Assembly: GCA_964514595.1 (NCBI GenBank)
Contig: CAZEQZ010000002.1
Location: 250,898-314,897, forward strand
Origin: an uncultured Candidatus Saccharibacteria bacterium
Lineage (GTDB): Bacteria > Patescibacteriota > Dojkabacteria > SC72
Length of the DNA stretch: 64,000 nucleotides
Direction of reading: 5' to 3'
Of this stretch, positions 1-8,526 are shown in pieces. The notes under the pieces are model-generated. The model was not told the origin of the DNA. It ran no database searches and worked only from the letters and a program-made list of their open reading frames with translations. The translations under genes were made by a program, and so were the position numbers. Each line of letters begins with the position of its first letter. Position 1 is the stretch's first letter.

Positions 1-180
1 ATCACTATATTAATAGGCTGGTATATTTACTCTAGACCACTTGGACAAATAGCTATCCAAAAATTGGTAGAATCAGGACTATACAAAGAAGCTGAGATAG
101 CTACATGGAGAGTATTTAGACCAAGAAAATACTTCGAAGCGAAGATATTAAAAAAGTTAAAGAATAGAAAAAAGATTTAA
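1..180 (+). CDS. 3' end of an unidentified gene (partial, C-terminal 59 codons ending ...KKLKNRKKI*)
   Basis: Open frame from window edge to TAA at 178-180; hydrophobic N-part then basic tail; no recognisable family. Confidence 0.3.
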   Translation: MTILIGWYIYSRPLGQIAIQKLVESGLYKEAEIATWRVFRPRKYFEAKILKKLKNRKKI

Positions 181-590
181 AGATTATCCAAAATAAACTC
201 AAGTGGGACTCCATTACTACCGTAGGCTTGCTCCTGAGAATTAATTAAAAAGTAGTAAATCTCCTTACTAAGAAGTTGCTCCAAAACAACCTGATGCTCT
301 CTTGATTTACTCCTATTCACCAAATCCACAGCAACCATATCTAAGTTAGACCTATCCCTACCATACAATACAAATCCAACACACTCTGCTTTTGTTGACC
401 ACGTAATTTGCGTAGAATAATTCTTTTCCCCTTTCTGTACAAAGACATTATATGGGACGCAATCCCTATTAGACACTCCACCTATATCAAACCCTACAAC
501 ATTTCTTGTGACAAGAAGTATAGTGGTAAAGGAAACTACCAATATGGCAAATACTCCAGCTATATAAAATACATTCTTATTCATCTTCAC
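177..590 (-). CDS. hypothetical membrane-anchored protein with fibronectin-III-like ectodomain
   Basis: ORF 137 aa; N-terminal TM helix (FYIAGVFAILVVSFTTILLV); motif ITWSTKAECVGFVLYG resembles FN3/PAP-N-terminal beta-sandwich. Confidence 0.4.
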   Translation of the reverse strand: MKMNKNVFYIAGVFAILVVSFTTILLVTRNVVGFDIGGVSNRDCVPYNVFVQKGEKNYSTQITWSTKAECVGFVLYGRDRSNLDMVAVDLVNRSKSREHQVVLEQLLSKEIYYFLINSQEQAYGSNGVPLEFILDNL

Positions 591-999
591 TTATTACTAA
601 TATATAACTCTCCTGAGTAGAACTATTCATACCATCCGATACTCTCAGAACAATCTTATAAGAACCACTACTACCCAAAGGAACCTCTCCACTCAGAACC
701 ATGTTCTCAATAGAAAGCCAATTAGGACCCTCCACATACTCTATCGTCAGATCCTTAATATCAGTATCCTCATCCACAACCCTGATAAAATACAAATACT
801 CCTCGCCCTCATATCCCACGATAGGGGGTAAACTAACAATATACGGAACAAAACTCCCCTCTTGCTCACCCATAACCTCTTCTTCATAATCTTGAGGAGC
901 TTCCTTAGGATTCAATACTGTATACGTGGAGGCCAAAATAGTAACTAACATTACAAAAATCATACTAATGAATACCTTTAATCTCCTACTCTCCTCCAT
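577..999 (-). CDS. hypothetical membrane-anchored protein with putative Ig-like (cadherin-like) domain
   Basis: ORF 140 aa; N-terminal TM; pattern EGPNWLSI...LSGEVP...GSYKIVLRVSDG typical of 'putative Ig' domains. Confidence 0.4.
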   Translation of the reverse strand: MEESRRLKVFISMIFVMLVTILASTYTVLNPKEAPQDYEEEVMGEQEGSFVPYIVSLPPIVGYEGEEYLYFIRVVDEDTDIKDLTIEYVEGPNWLSIENMVLSGEVPLGSSGSYKIVLRVSDGMNSSTQESYILVISEDE

Positions 1000-1090
1000 T
1001 CTATAAGTTTAACATAAAAGAAAATGTTTACAAATAAATGTATAATATATATAATACCTTGACTCAAAATCATTTATTTAACAACTAGAA

Positions 1091-1387
1091 ATGCCAAATT
1101 TAAAGACATCTATAAAAGATCTAAGACAAAATAAAAGAAGGAAAACATATAATGACAGACTCAGAAATAGAATAAAAAAGTCTGTTAAGAAACAGAATTC
1201 CCTTCTAAAAGAAGAGAAAACAGCAGAAGCTGAAAAGAATGTAAAAAATATATACAAAGTTCTTGACAAAGCCGCTAGAAAAAATGTTATAAAAAAAGGT
1301 AAGGCCAATAGAATAAAATCTCGCCTTACTAAAAATTTAAACAAACTGTCCCAAAATAATGTCAAAACTGCTAAAAAGAGCACTTAA
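1091..1387 (+). CDS. rpsT: 30S ribosomal protein S20
   Basis: 98 aa, very basic; C-terminal LDKAARKNVIKKGKANRIKSRLTKNLNKL matches S20 consensus (…AAKGLIHKNKAARHKANL…). Confidence 0.8.
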   Translation: MPNLKTSIKDLRQNKRRKTYNDRLRNRIKKSVKKQNSLLKEEKTAEAEKNVKNIYKVLDKAARKNVIKKGKANRIKSRLTKNLNKLSQNNVKTAKKST

Positions 1388-1907
1388 AATATCCCTAACA
1401 CCGGCAATATTAATGATTGCTGGGAAGTTTTTGGGGATAATGATTCCAAGTATTGTGTACGATCTACACTTTCTTGTTGAAAATGATATACAGGGTATGT
1501 TCTCCATACAGATACTCTTCACAGATCCACAAACTACACTTTTTGTTAACTCCGTATCCAATCTAGTAATGCTACTTCTACTAGCACTTCCAACTATATA
1601 CTTCATAATCAAAACATCCATATACCAGACATCTCTCCAAAATCCGAAAACAGTAGTTAAAATAACAAGATTGAACATACTGAAATGGATCACAAAACAG
1701 GACACCACATTTCTTCAAATATTCATATGGTGTGCCTTTTTAGTAATATCATCGGCCATAGTAGTGATACAGTCCCTGCAAGCCACCTCATACTCATGGA
1801 CAGGTATAATCGCTGGAGCCATATCCCTCACATGTATATGGGGAACAGTAAAGACATTTGAACTAGAAACTGATAAGATATATCCTAAAGAAAACAACTA
1901 TTACTAA
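1359..1907 (+). CDS. hypothetical polytopic membrane protein (true start probably at Met 1413 or 1440, after rpsT stop)
   Basis: Several predicted TM segments; overlaps rpsT 3' end if started at 1359. Confidence 0.4.
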   Translation: MSKLLKRALKISLTPAILMIAGKFLGIMIPSIVYDLHFLVENDIQGMFSIQILFTDPQTTLFVNSVSNLVMLLLLALPTIYFIIKTSIYQTSLQNPKTVVKITRLNILKWITKQDTTFLQIFIWCAFLVISSAIVVIQSLQATSYSWTGIIAGAISLTCIWGTVKTFELETDKIYPKENNYY

Positions 1908-1908
1908 C

Positions 1909-2499
1909 ATGCCCATACAGAAAGAAAAAGTTAAAACAGTATTTACACAAATTCTAGAACCAATGGCTCTAGGCGTATTAGCACTTCTTTTCATTATCCC
2001 GATAATAACCGTAATGAACCTCACTCCATTAACAAAGCAACTTCAAAAATTAGACATCCTAGGAGTAACAACACAAAATGAGGTGAAGGTGAGATTGGTA
2101 GAGGGTAAACATGACATATTCACCAGCGAGAATCTAGTAAAAATGGATGATCTAAATTTTCTATATTCAGTAGTTCTTAATAAAAGATCCTCTGACAACT
2201 ATTCAAAACCAATACTCGAAATAGAAAATAGAGGAGAAGAGCAAAGAGAACTTTCCTTCTTTGGACAAACAGTTAGCAACACTCGGTCCAACATATTGTT
2301 AATCGTTAATGACAAAACATATAGAATTCAAAGTAGTAAGGGAGAAACATATACCCAAAGTATATCTATTTCTCCCAGAGATAAGGTTGTTATATTTCTG
2401 GCAATAGAAAATCTTTCTGGTATACAATTCTCAGAAAACTTCGATATGGAGATATCGATCTCCGAATCTACGTCGACTACATCGACTACGTCGGAGTAA
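1909..2499 (+). CDS. hypothetical membrane-anchored protein with Ser/Thr-rich C-terminus
   Basis: 196 aa ORF immediately after previous gene; one N-terminal TM; tandem STSTTSTTSE repeat at C-terminus. Confidence 0.4.
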   Translation: MPIQKEKVKTVFTQILEPMALGVLALLFIIPIITVMNLTPLTKQLQKLDILGVTTQNEVKVRLVEGKHDIFTSENLVKMDDLNFLYSVVLNKRSSDNYSKPILEIENRGEEQRELSFFGQTVSNTRSNILLIVNDKTYRIQSSKGETYTQSISISPRDKVVIFLAIENLSGIQFSENFDMEISISESTSTTSTTSE

Positions 2500-2587
2500 T
2501 CATAAAACATCACTCTAACAATGACTATATGGATTTTGTCTCCGATTTTTAATACACTATAGGTATCCCTAATCCAACTCCCTAGCC

Positions 2588-2598
2588 TGTGATATAAT
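2588..2598 (+). promoter_or_regulatory. extended -10 promoter element TGTGATATAAT, 7 nt upstream of lepA ATG (near-leaderless transcript)
   Basis: Perfect TGn + TATAAT; identical 11-mer also precedes valS on the other strand. Confidence 0.4.
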
Positions 2599-2605
2599 TC
2601 CACGT

Positions 2606-4420
2606 ATGAACAATCAAGAGAAGATACGAAATTTTTCAATAATCGCACACATCGACCATGGAAAATCAACATTGGCAGATAGGATGTTAGAAGCTGTACA
2701 TATTGACCTCTCCAGGGAGAAAAGAAAGGAAAGAATCCTAGATAGACTAGATCTGGAACAGGAAAAAGGAATAACTATTAAACTTCAAGCATGTAAAATG
2801 GAATGGAAAGGATACCAGCTAAACCTAATTGATACTCCAGGACATGTAGACTTCTCCTATGAAGTATCCAGGTCATTGGCCGCTTGTGAATCTGCAATAC
2901 TTTTAGTAGATGCAAGTCAAGGGATACAAGCACAAACCATATCAAATACAAAAAAGGCTTTAGATCTAGGATTAACAATAATCCCAGTTTTAAACAAAAT
3001 AGACATACCATACGTAAACATTGAGGAAAGAGAAAAAGAAATAGAAGGATTACTAGGATTCTCTAAAGACAACATCATCAAAGTATCAGGAAAAACTGGG
3101 GAGAACGTGGATGCTCTCCTTGACGCAATAATTGAAAGATCCCCTACTCCAAAGGGAGATCCCTCAAAACCCCTAAAAGCATTAGTCTTCGATTCCTTCT
3201 ATGACGAACACAGAGGAGTAGTAATAGCAGTAAGAATATTTGATGGACAAGTACAGCACATACCTGGAAAACCTTTAGAACTTAACATGATACAAAGGGG
3301 TGAGAAATTTAAACCAACAGAAATAGGAATCTTCTCTCCAAATTTAAAAGAGACAAACATATTAAATACAGGAGAGGTGGGATACATTGCAACTGGCCTA
3401 AAAGACATTAGCTATTTCACAGTTGGTGATACTGTCTCTAATACAACAAATGTAGAACCCTTGGAGGGATATAAAGTACCCAAGCCCAACATGTTCGCAA
3501 CGTTCTTCCCCACAGATCCAGAAGAGTATGAAGAATTAAAAACATCATTAATAAAACTCTCCCTTAATGATTCTTCACTCACATTCACAGAACAAAGATC
3601 TAGCCTACTTGGCTCTGGTTTTAGATGCGGTTTCTTAGGACTCCTCCATATGGAGATTGTCCAAGAAAGATTGGAAAGAGAGTATGATGTGAGTCTAATA
3701 GTCACAGCACCAACCGTAGAATACCAAGTTACCAAATTAGATGAGACCGAGCTAGAGGTTCAAACTCCAAATGAACTGCCGGATCCTTCGGAAACAAAAG
3801 AGATTAGAGAACCATGGGTAAGGACAGAAATACTAACACCAGATAAGTACATAGGAGATTTAATGAAACTCTGTCAATTAAAAAGAGGCCAATATGTTAA
3901 TACAAAATATCTCACAACTGAGAAAGACCTTAAACTAAAAGAGCAGTATGTTCTACTCGAATACGACATTCCACTAGCCTCTTTGATATCCAATTTTTTT
4001 GACCAAATGAAAAACATAACTAGTGGATATGCTTCCATGGAATATGAATTTATAGACTACTTCCCTGCCGATATTGTTAAAGTATCTGTACTCGTAAATC
4101 ATGAAGAAGTTCAAGCATTGAGCTTTTTAGAGGTGAGAAGTGAAGCACGAGCAAAATCTGTTAAGCTACTTGAGGAAATGAAGAAAGCTATTCCAAGACA
4201 ACAATTCCCCATCCCTATTCAAGCTGCCATAGGAGCCAAAATAATTGCCAGAGAGGATGTAAAAGCATTCAGAAAAGATGTTACAGCAAAACTATACGGC
4301 GGAGATTACTCAAGAAAAAAGAAACTTTTAGAGAAACAAAAGAAAGGGAAGAAAAGACTTAAGCAGATAGGACAAGTTACATTACCTCAAGAGGCATTCT
4401 TAGCTATTCTTAAAACATAG
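2606..4420 (+). CDS. lepA: elongation factor 4 (LepA)
   Basis: 604 aa; G1 AHIDHGKST, G3 DTPGHVDF, G4 NKID; LepA-specific C-terminal domain. Confidence 0.95.
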   Translation: MNNQEKIRNFSIIAHIDHGKSTLADRMLEAVHIDLSREKRKERILDRLDLEQEKGITIKLQACKMEWKGYQLNLIDTPGHVDFSYEVSRSLAACESAILLVDASQGIQAQTISNTKKALDLGLTIIPVLNKIDIPYVNIEEREKEIEGLLGFSKDNIIKVSGKTGENVDALLDAIIERSPTPKGDPSKPLKALVFDSFYDEHRGVVIAVRIFDGQVQHIPGKPLELNMIQRGEKFKPTEIGIFSPNLKETNILNTGEVGYIATGLKDISYFTVGDTVSNTTNVEPLEGYKVPKPNMFATFFPTDPEEYEELKTSLIKLSLNDSSLTFTEQRSSLLGSGFRCGFLGLLHMEIVQERLEREYDVSLIVTAPTVEYQVTKLDETELEVQTPNELPDPSETKEIREPWVRTEILTPDKYIGDLMKLCQLKRGQYVNTKYLTTEKDLKLKEQYVLLEYDIPLASLISNFFDQMKNITSGYASMEYEFIDYFPADIVKVSVLVNHEEVQALSFLEVRSEARAKSVKLLEEMKKAIPRQQFPIPIQAAIGAKIIAREDVKAFRKDVTAKLYGGDYSRKKKLLEKQKKGKKRLKQIGQVTLPQEAFLAILKT

Positions 4421-4422
4421 TA

Positions 4423-5466
4423 ATGATAAAGAGTTTAAAACTTACAAACTTTAGAAGATTTAATGAACTGACAATCAATATTGAAAAAGATATTGTAATC
4501 CTATACGGTGATAATGCTAGGGGAAAAAGTACTATCCTGGAAGCAGTATATTTAATAACCAATGGAATATCTCCGTGGGCATCTACAGATGAGTTTGTAC
4601 AGAATGAACAGAAAGAAGAAGATAAATATGCAAGAATAGAAGCAGTAATAGATGACACTACATACTCTTTTTTCAAAAACAAGGGAAGAAGAATTTTCAA
4701 AATAGATAATCATAATACAACTCCTAAGAAGTTTTTTGAAAAAACCGCATCTACAATATTTAATCCTGAGCAGATAGAAATACTCATGATATCCCCTAGT
4801 AAGCGTAGAGAATTCATAGATGAGGCTATAGTCATTACGGATTATGCATTTTCAGATAAACTGAAGGTATTTAGGAAAGTCCTTAAACAGAGAAATGCAT
4901 ATCTGAAAAAACTATCTAAAGATTTCTATGAGAAAGGTATTGTAGCTGTAAACGATCCTCAATTAAATTTCTGGACTCAGGAATTCCTTTCTCTCTCTGA
5001 AGAGATACAAAATAAGAGAGAAGATATATGTAAAGAGCTATGTTTTAATAGTTTGAAAGTTGAGTATGTTAAATCAAATAAGGATAAAGATTTGGAAGAT
5101 GCTTTGGAAGAATCAAAAAAAAGAGACATTGCAACTGGATATACTAATGTAGGACCCCATAGAGATGATTGGGTTTTGATAAATGGTTTTGATATTAAGA
5201 AATTCGGATCAAGAGGAGAGAAAAGGTTGGCAATTGGACAATTAATATTTAAGAAACAGGATATTGTTGCAAAGAAATTAAGTTTCTACCCTATTCTCCT
5301 ATTAGATGATATTGCTTCAGAACTTGATAAAGAGAATACTAAATTAATATTTAGTAAAGAGGCTATCAATAAACAGCAGACTTTTGTAACAATAATAGAT
5401 TACAAACAACTACCTAAGCATATTCTAAGTAAGGCTCAGTTAATAGACTTAAATTCCTTTAAGTAG
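4423..5466 (+). CDS. recF: DNA replication and repair protein RecF
   Basis: 347 aa; N-terminal Walker A GDNARGKST; RecF signature LLLDDIASELD. Confidence 0.8.
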   Translation: MIKSLKLTNFRRFNELTINIEKDIVILYGDNARGKSTILEAVYLITNGISPWASTDEFVQNEQKEEDKYARIEAVIDDTTYSFFKNKGRRIFKIDNHNTTPKKFFEKTASTIFNPEQIEILMISPSKRREFIDEAIVITDYAFSDKLKVFRKVLKQRNAYLKKLSKDFYEKGIVAVNDPQLNFWTQEFLSLSEEIQNKREDICKELCFNSLKVEYVKSNKDKDLEDALEESKKRDIATGYTNVGPHRDDWVLINGFDIKKFGSRGEKRLAIGQLIFKKQDIVAKKLSFYPILLLDDIASELDKENTKLIFSKEAINKQQTFVTIIDYKQLPKHILSKAQLIDLNSFK

Positions 5467-6230
5467 TTCTTCATAACTTCCTCTCTGTAATCATGTTCAA
5501 AGAATTCTATCCTTCCCTTATTGTAATTCTTTCTTAATGTTTCAATGTCTGGCCTATGCCCTACGATACTCATAAATAAAAGTTGGGATAGAAAAGCAAG
5601 ATAATTTAATACACCAATTAGAAAAAATGTTTTTCTTCTTGGAGATTCCCTTGATATTAGATTTTCTTTCTTAACAAAGAATTCTTTTTCTAACCAAGGG
5701 TTTTGTGAATAGATATAGTTAATGTATCTTTCATTGTATACGGGAATAAGGTACATAAGTTCATGAAAGTTAAAAATATCATTTTCGAATTGTAGTCCTC
5801 TTTCTTCCGAGATTAGATTAATACATAGTTTATTCTTAACATCCTTGTGTCTTTTTGCCCTTATTTTATTATGGAAGAGATTAAGAAAAACAATAATACC
5901 TCTGTATAACCATACAGTACCATTTCTAACTACTATAAACAGATCTATATCATCTTCGTCTTTTGCGAATCCTGCAGCTACAGAGCCTGAAATCCCTATG
6001 AATCTAACCCAGTTAAAAACCATTAATTTCCCAACATTATCCTTACATACCTGAACTTTAGTAGCTACATTCCCATTACTATCTTCCTTTAGATTTTTTA
6101 AATATTTAATATCTAAACTCTTTAGATATTTCTTCCCCCAGATATATTTAATTTTCTCTTTAGAGACTTTAAGTCGCATTAGAGACCTAAATTTAATTAA
6201 GTTGTCCAATATATTTCCCGTATTATCCAT
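5436..6230 (-). CDS. Pol-beta-superfamily nucleotidyltransferase-fold protein with hydrophobic C-terminal segment (function unknown)
   Basis: 264 aa; GISGSVAAGFAKDEDDIDLFIVV fits the hG[GS]x9-13Dx[DE] minimal nucleotidyltransferase signature; C-terminal hydrophobic stretch FFLIGVLNYLAFLSQLLFMSIVG; 3' end overlaps recF convergently. Confidence 0.45.
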   Translation of the reverse strand: MDNTGNILDNLIKFRSLMRLKVSKEKIKYIWGKKYLKSLDIKYLKNLKEDSNGNVATKVQVCKDNVGKLMVFNWVRFIGISGSVAAGFAKDEDDIDLFIVVRNGTVWLYRGIIVFLNLFHNKIRAKRHKDVKNKLCINLISEERGLQFENDIFNFHELMYLIPVYNERYINYIYSQNPWLEKEFFVKKENLISRESPRRKTFFLIGVLNYLAFLSQLLFMSIVGHRPDIETLRKNYNKGRIEFFEHDYREEVMKNYLKEFKSIN

Positions 6231-6356
6231 GTTTAATTATACTACCTATTTACTTCTAAAACTTAACTTGAAAAGATATCGTAGGGATAATAATATATTA
6301 GATATGAATAAGGTATTAAAGGTTGGTTATAGGTTATTACTAATATTTGTGATATT

Positions 6357-6893
6357 CTAGATTTCCACTCCAAAAATATCAACGCTAACATTCTTTGCAG
6401 TGTATGAAACTGTCACCGTAGGGGTTCCTATTTGGAAATCTATTCCAGGAGTCGCAGCAGGAGCCACATTTGTAAGAATTGCATCACCATACGCTGTTGT
6501 CATAGCTGTCCAAGAGGGCGAGCTATCACAATTCGTAACACATGTCTTATGTGTATAAACCTCATCCCCCTGAGTACCTCCTAAAGTCCAAGGAGATGCA
6601 TCCACTCCCTTCACTTTTATATCTATATTAACATTTCCATTGTTTGTAACAGTTTGTGTGTCATCTAAACCAGTACCTGTAGTTGTTGTATCTCTTAGCG
6701 TATTGACTTCTAAAGTCTCATAATCTATCGAACCATCACTCACCGTTATAGACACATTACTAACTGTAACCGTAGCTGTAACTGATTTTTCATCATCAGC
6801 TGCATTAACAAATGGAGCCATCAATAATGGGGATACCACCGAGAGAGCTATTATTACAGCATTACTACCTATTATCTTAAAGAAAGTTTTCAT
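6357..6893 (-). CDS. secreted beta-rich Thr/Val/Asn-rich protein of unknown function
   Basis: 178 aa; N-terminal signal peptide (…LLMAPFVNA/AD); alternating polar/hydrophobic beta-strand pattern; no catalytic motif. Confidence 0.5.
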   Translation of the reverse strand: MKTFFKIIGSNAVIIALSVVSPLLMAPFVNAADDEKSVTATVTVSNVSITVSDGSIDYETLEVNTLRDTTTTGTGLDDTQTVTNNGNVNIDIKVKGVDASPWTLGGTQGDEVYTHKTCVTNCDSSPSWTAMTTAYGDAILTNVAPAATPGIDFQIGTPTVTVSYTAKNVSVDIFGVEI

Positions 6894-7060
6894 ATTTATG
6901 AGCAGATTTAAGGAATTAAACTTCTAATAATTATTCTTACAGGATTTGTACAAATTGTCAACTACTCCCAAATCACGACTCTCATCTTGAATCCTCATTG
7001 TACGTTTCTAATATATTCTGGTAAACTTTATCTAAGAAAAATAGTAAAATCTGCCTATAT

Positions 7061-7888
7061 ATGAGACAACATGCTATTCCACAAAATATATTAGATGTTG
7101 AGTTTAAACTCTTTACTAAGTTCACCCTTAAAGAGTTTGCATACTTAGCAATTGGCCTTGGATTTGGAGGTTTAATGATATATCTAACTGTGAGTCAGGT
7201 TATACCTGGTGTACTTGGTATTCCCGTATTTATACTCTCCTCTGGAATAGGAATATTTCTCGGTCTAGTTCCAATCAACGACCAAGATGCAGATGTATTT
7301 ATAAAAAACTACATAAATGCTATTAACAATCCCACACAAAGAGTGTGGCTTAACAAAGATATGAGGGCGGAAAGAGTCAAGCCGGAACTGAAACCCACAG
7401 AAGATGGGCAATTAGTACATAAGGATATTAAAGATGAGAAGAAGAAAATTATTGGAGCTAATCTTCTTGCCCAAGGAGAAACTGTTGAAGAGGTTGAAGA
7501 TATTTTAGATGAGGAACTGAATATTGATGATGAATTAATGGCGACTCCTCCTTTGGACCCCAACTCTTTGTTGATAACAGATCAGAATATACAGAATTAC
7601 CAGTTTACAATCCAAAGCCTAGATAAACTGCCTGGAAATATTAATGTATGGCTATGTACAAAGGATTTCAAACCTATACCCAATGTAGTTGTATACCTAA
7701 AAGATGAACAAGGAAAGGTACTATATGCTAACAGGACCGGTCCTAATGGGTATTTCCTAACCAACAAAATGTGGGGAGCAGGAACATATGTGCTAGAATT
7801 TCAACACCCTGTGTATAAATTTCCGAAAGTCCAATGGGAAATGAGTGGAAAAGGAAGTAAGTTACCAATTAAGATTAACAATATTTAG
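7061..7888 (+). CDS. VirB3/PrgI-like T4SS membrane protein fused to a C-terminal carboxypeptidase-regulatory-like (transthyretin-fold) domain
   Basis: 275 aa; N-terminal KLFTKFTLKEF followed by two TM helices (PrgI/VirB3 pattern), directly upstream of virB4; C-terminus NVVVYLKDEQGKVLYANRTGPNGYFL…GTYVLEF matches the CarbopepD_reg pattern. Confidence 0.45.
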   Translation: MRQHAIPQNILDVEFKLFTKFTLKEFAYLAIGLGFGGLMIYLTVSQVIPGVLGIPVFILSSGIGIFLGLVPINDQDADVFIKNYINAINNPTQRVWLNKDMRAERVKPELKPTEDGQLVHKDIKDEKKKIIGANLLAQGETVEEVEDILDEELNIDDELMATPPLDPNSLLITDQNIQNYQFTIQSLDKLPGNINVWLCTKDFKPIPNVVVYLKDEQGKVLYANRTGPNGYFLTNKMWGAGTYVLEFQHPVYKFPKVQWEMSGKGSKLPIKINNI

Positions 7889-7890
7889 AA

Positions 7891-8526
7891 GTGGATAAAA
7901 ATGCGCGAGCGAGAGCTACAGCATCAACACAAGAACATCTCGGGATAAGGGATATTAGGGATGATTTAATAATTACCAAAAATGGAAGTGTGGCTATGGT
8001 AATACAAACCTCATCCATAAACTTTGATCTTTTAGCAGAATATGAGCAGGATAATAAGATATATGCTTTTGCTGGATTACTTAACTCATTAAATTTCAGA
8101 ATACAAATATTAATTAGAACCAAAAGAATTGATATTACGAACTACATAGACTACCTTAAATCCCAAAAGAATAAACAGATGAGTGAGGGATTAAAAAGAC
8201 AGCTTGATATATATACTCAATTTGTACAAAGATTGATCGTGGAAAATGACGTATTGGATAAGAGCTTCTTTCTAGTCGTCCCATACAGTCCAGGCGCTCC
8301 TCTGCCCGGTGCAAGTATATTTGACTCAAAGAAAAATAAAGAGGAACAGGAGAAGTACAAACAGATGAAAACAGATCAGCTAATTGAGAAGGCAAAGATA
8401 TTTCTTTTTCCAAAGAGGGATCATATTTTAAAACAGATTGGGAGAATGGGATTGTCTGGTCGCCAATTAACAACTAAAGAGCTACTATCGGAATTCTACA
8501 CTATATATAACCCAGAGGAGGAGTAA
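7891..8526 (+). CDS. VirB4/TrbE/CagE-family ATPase, N-terminal segment (separate, translationally coupled ORF; GTG start)
   Basis: 211 aa; HLGIRDIRDDLIITKNGSVAMVIQTSSINFDLLAEYEQ…LNSLNFRIQILIRTKR aligns with the conserved VirB4 N-terminus (…TIRTKDGLLQTVIRLDGLPFETEDN…LHNAIR…VRRR); stop TAA overlaps next ATG. Confidence 0.55.
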   Translation: MDKNARARATASTQEHLGIRDIRDDLIITKNGSVAMVIQTSSINFDLLAEYEQDNKIYAFAGLLNSLNFRIQILIRTKRIDITNYIDYLKSQKNKQMSEGLKRQLDIYTQFVQRLIVENDVLDKSFFLVVPYSPGAPLPGASIFDSKKNKEEQEKYKQMKTDQLIEKAKIFLFPKRDHILKQIGRMGLSGRQLTTKELLSEFYTIYNPEEE

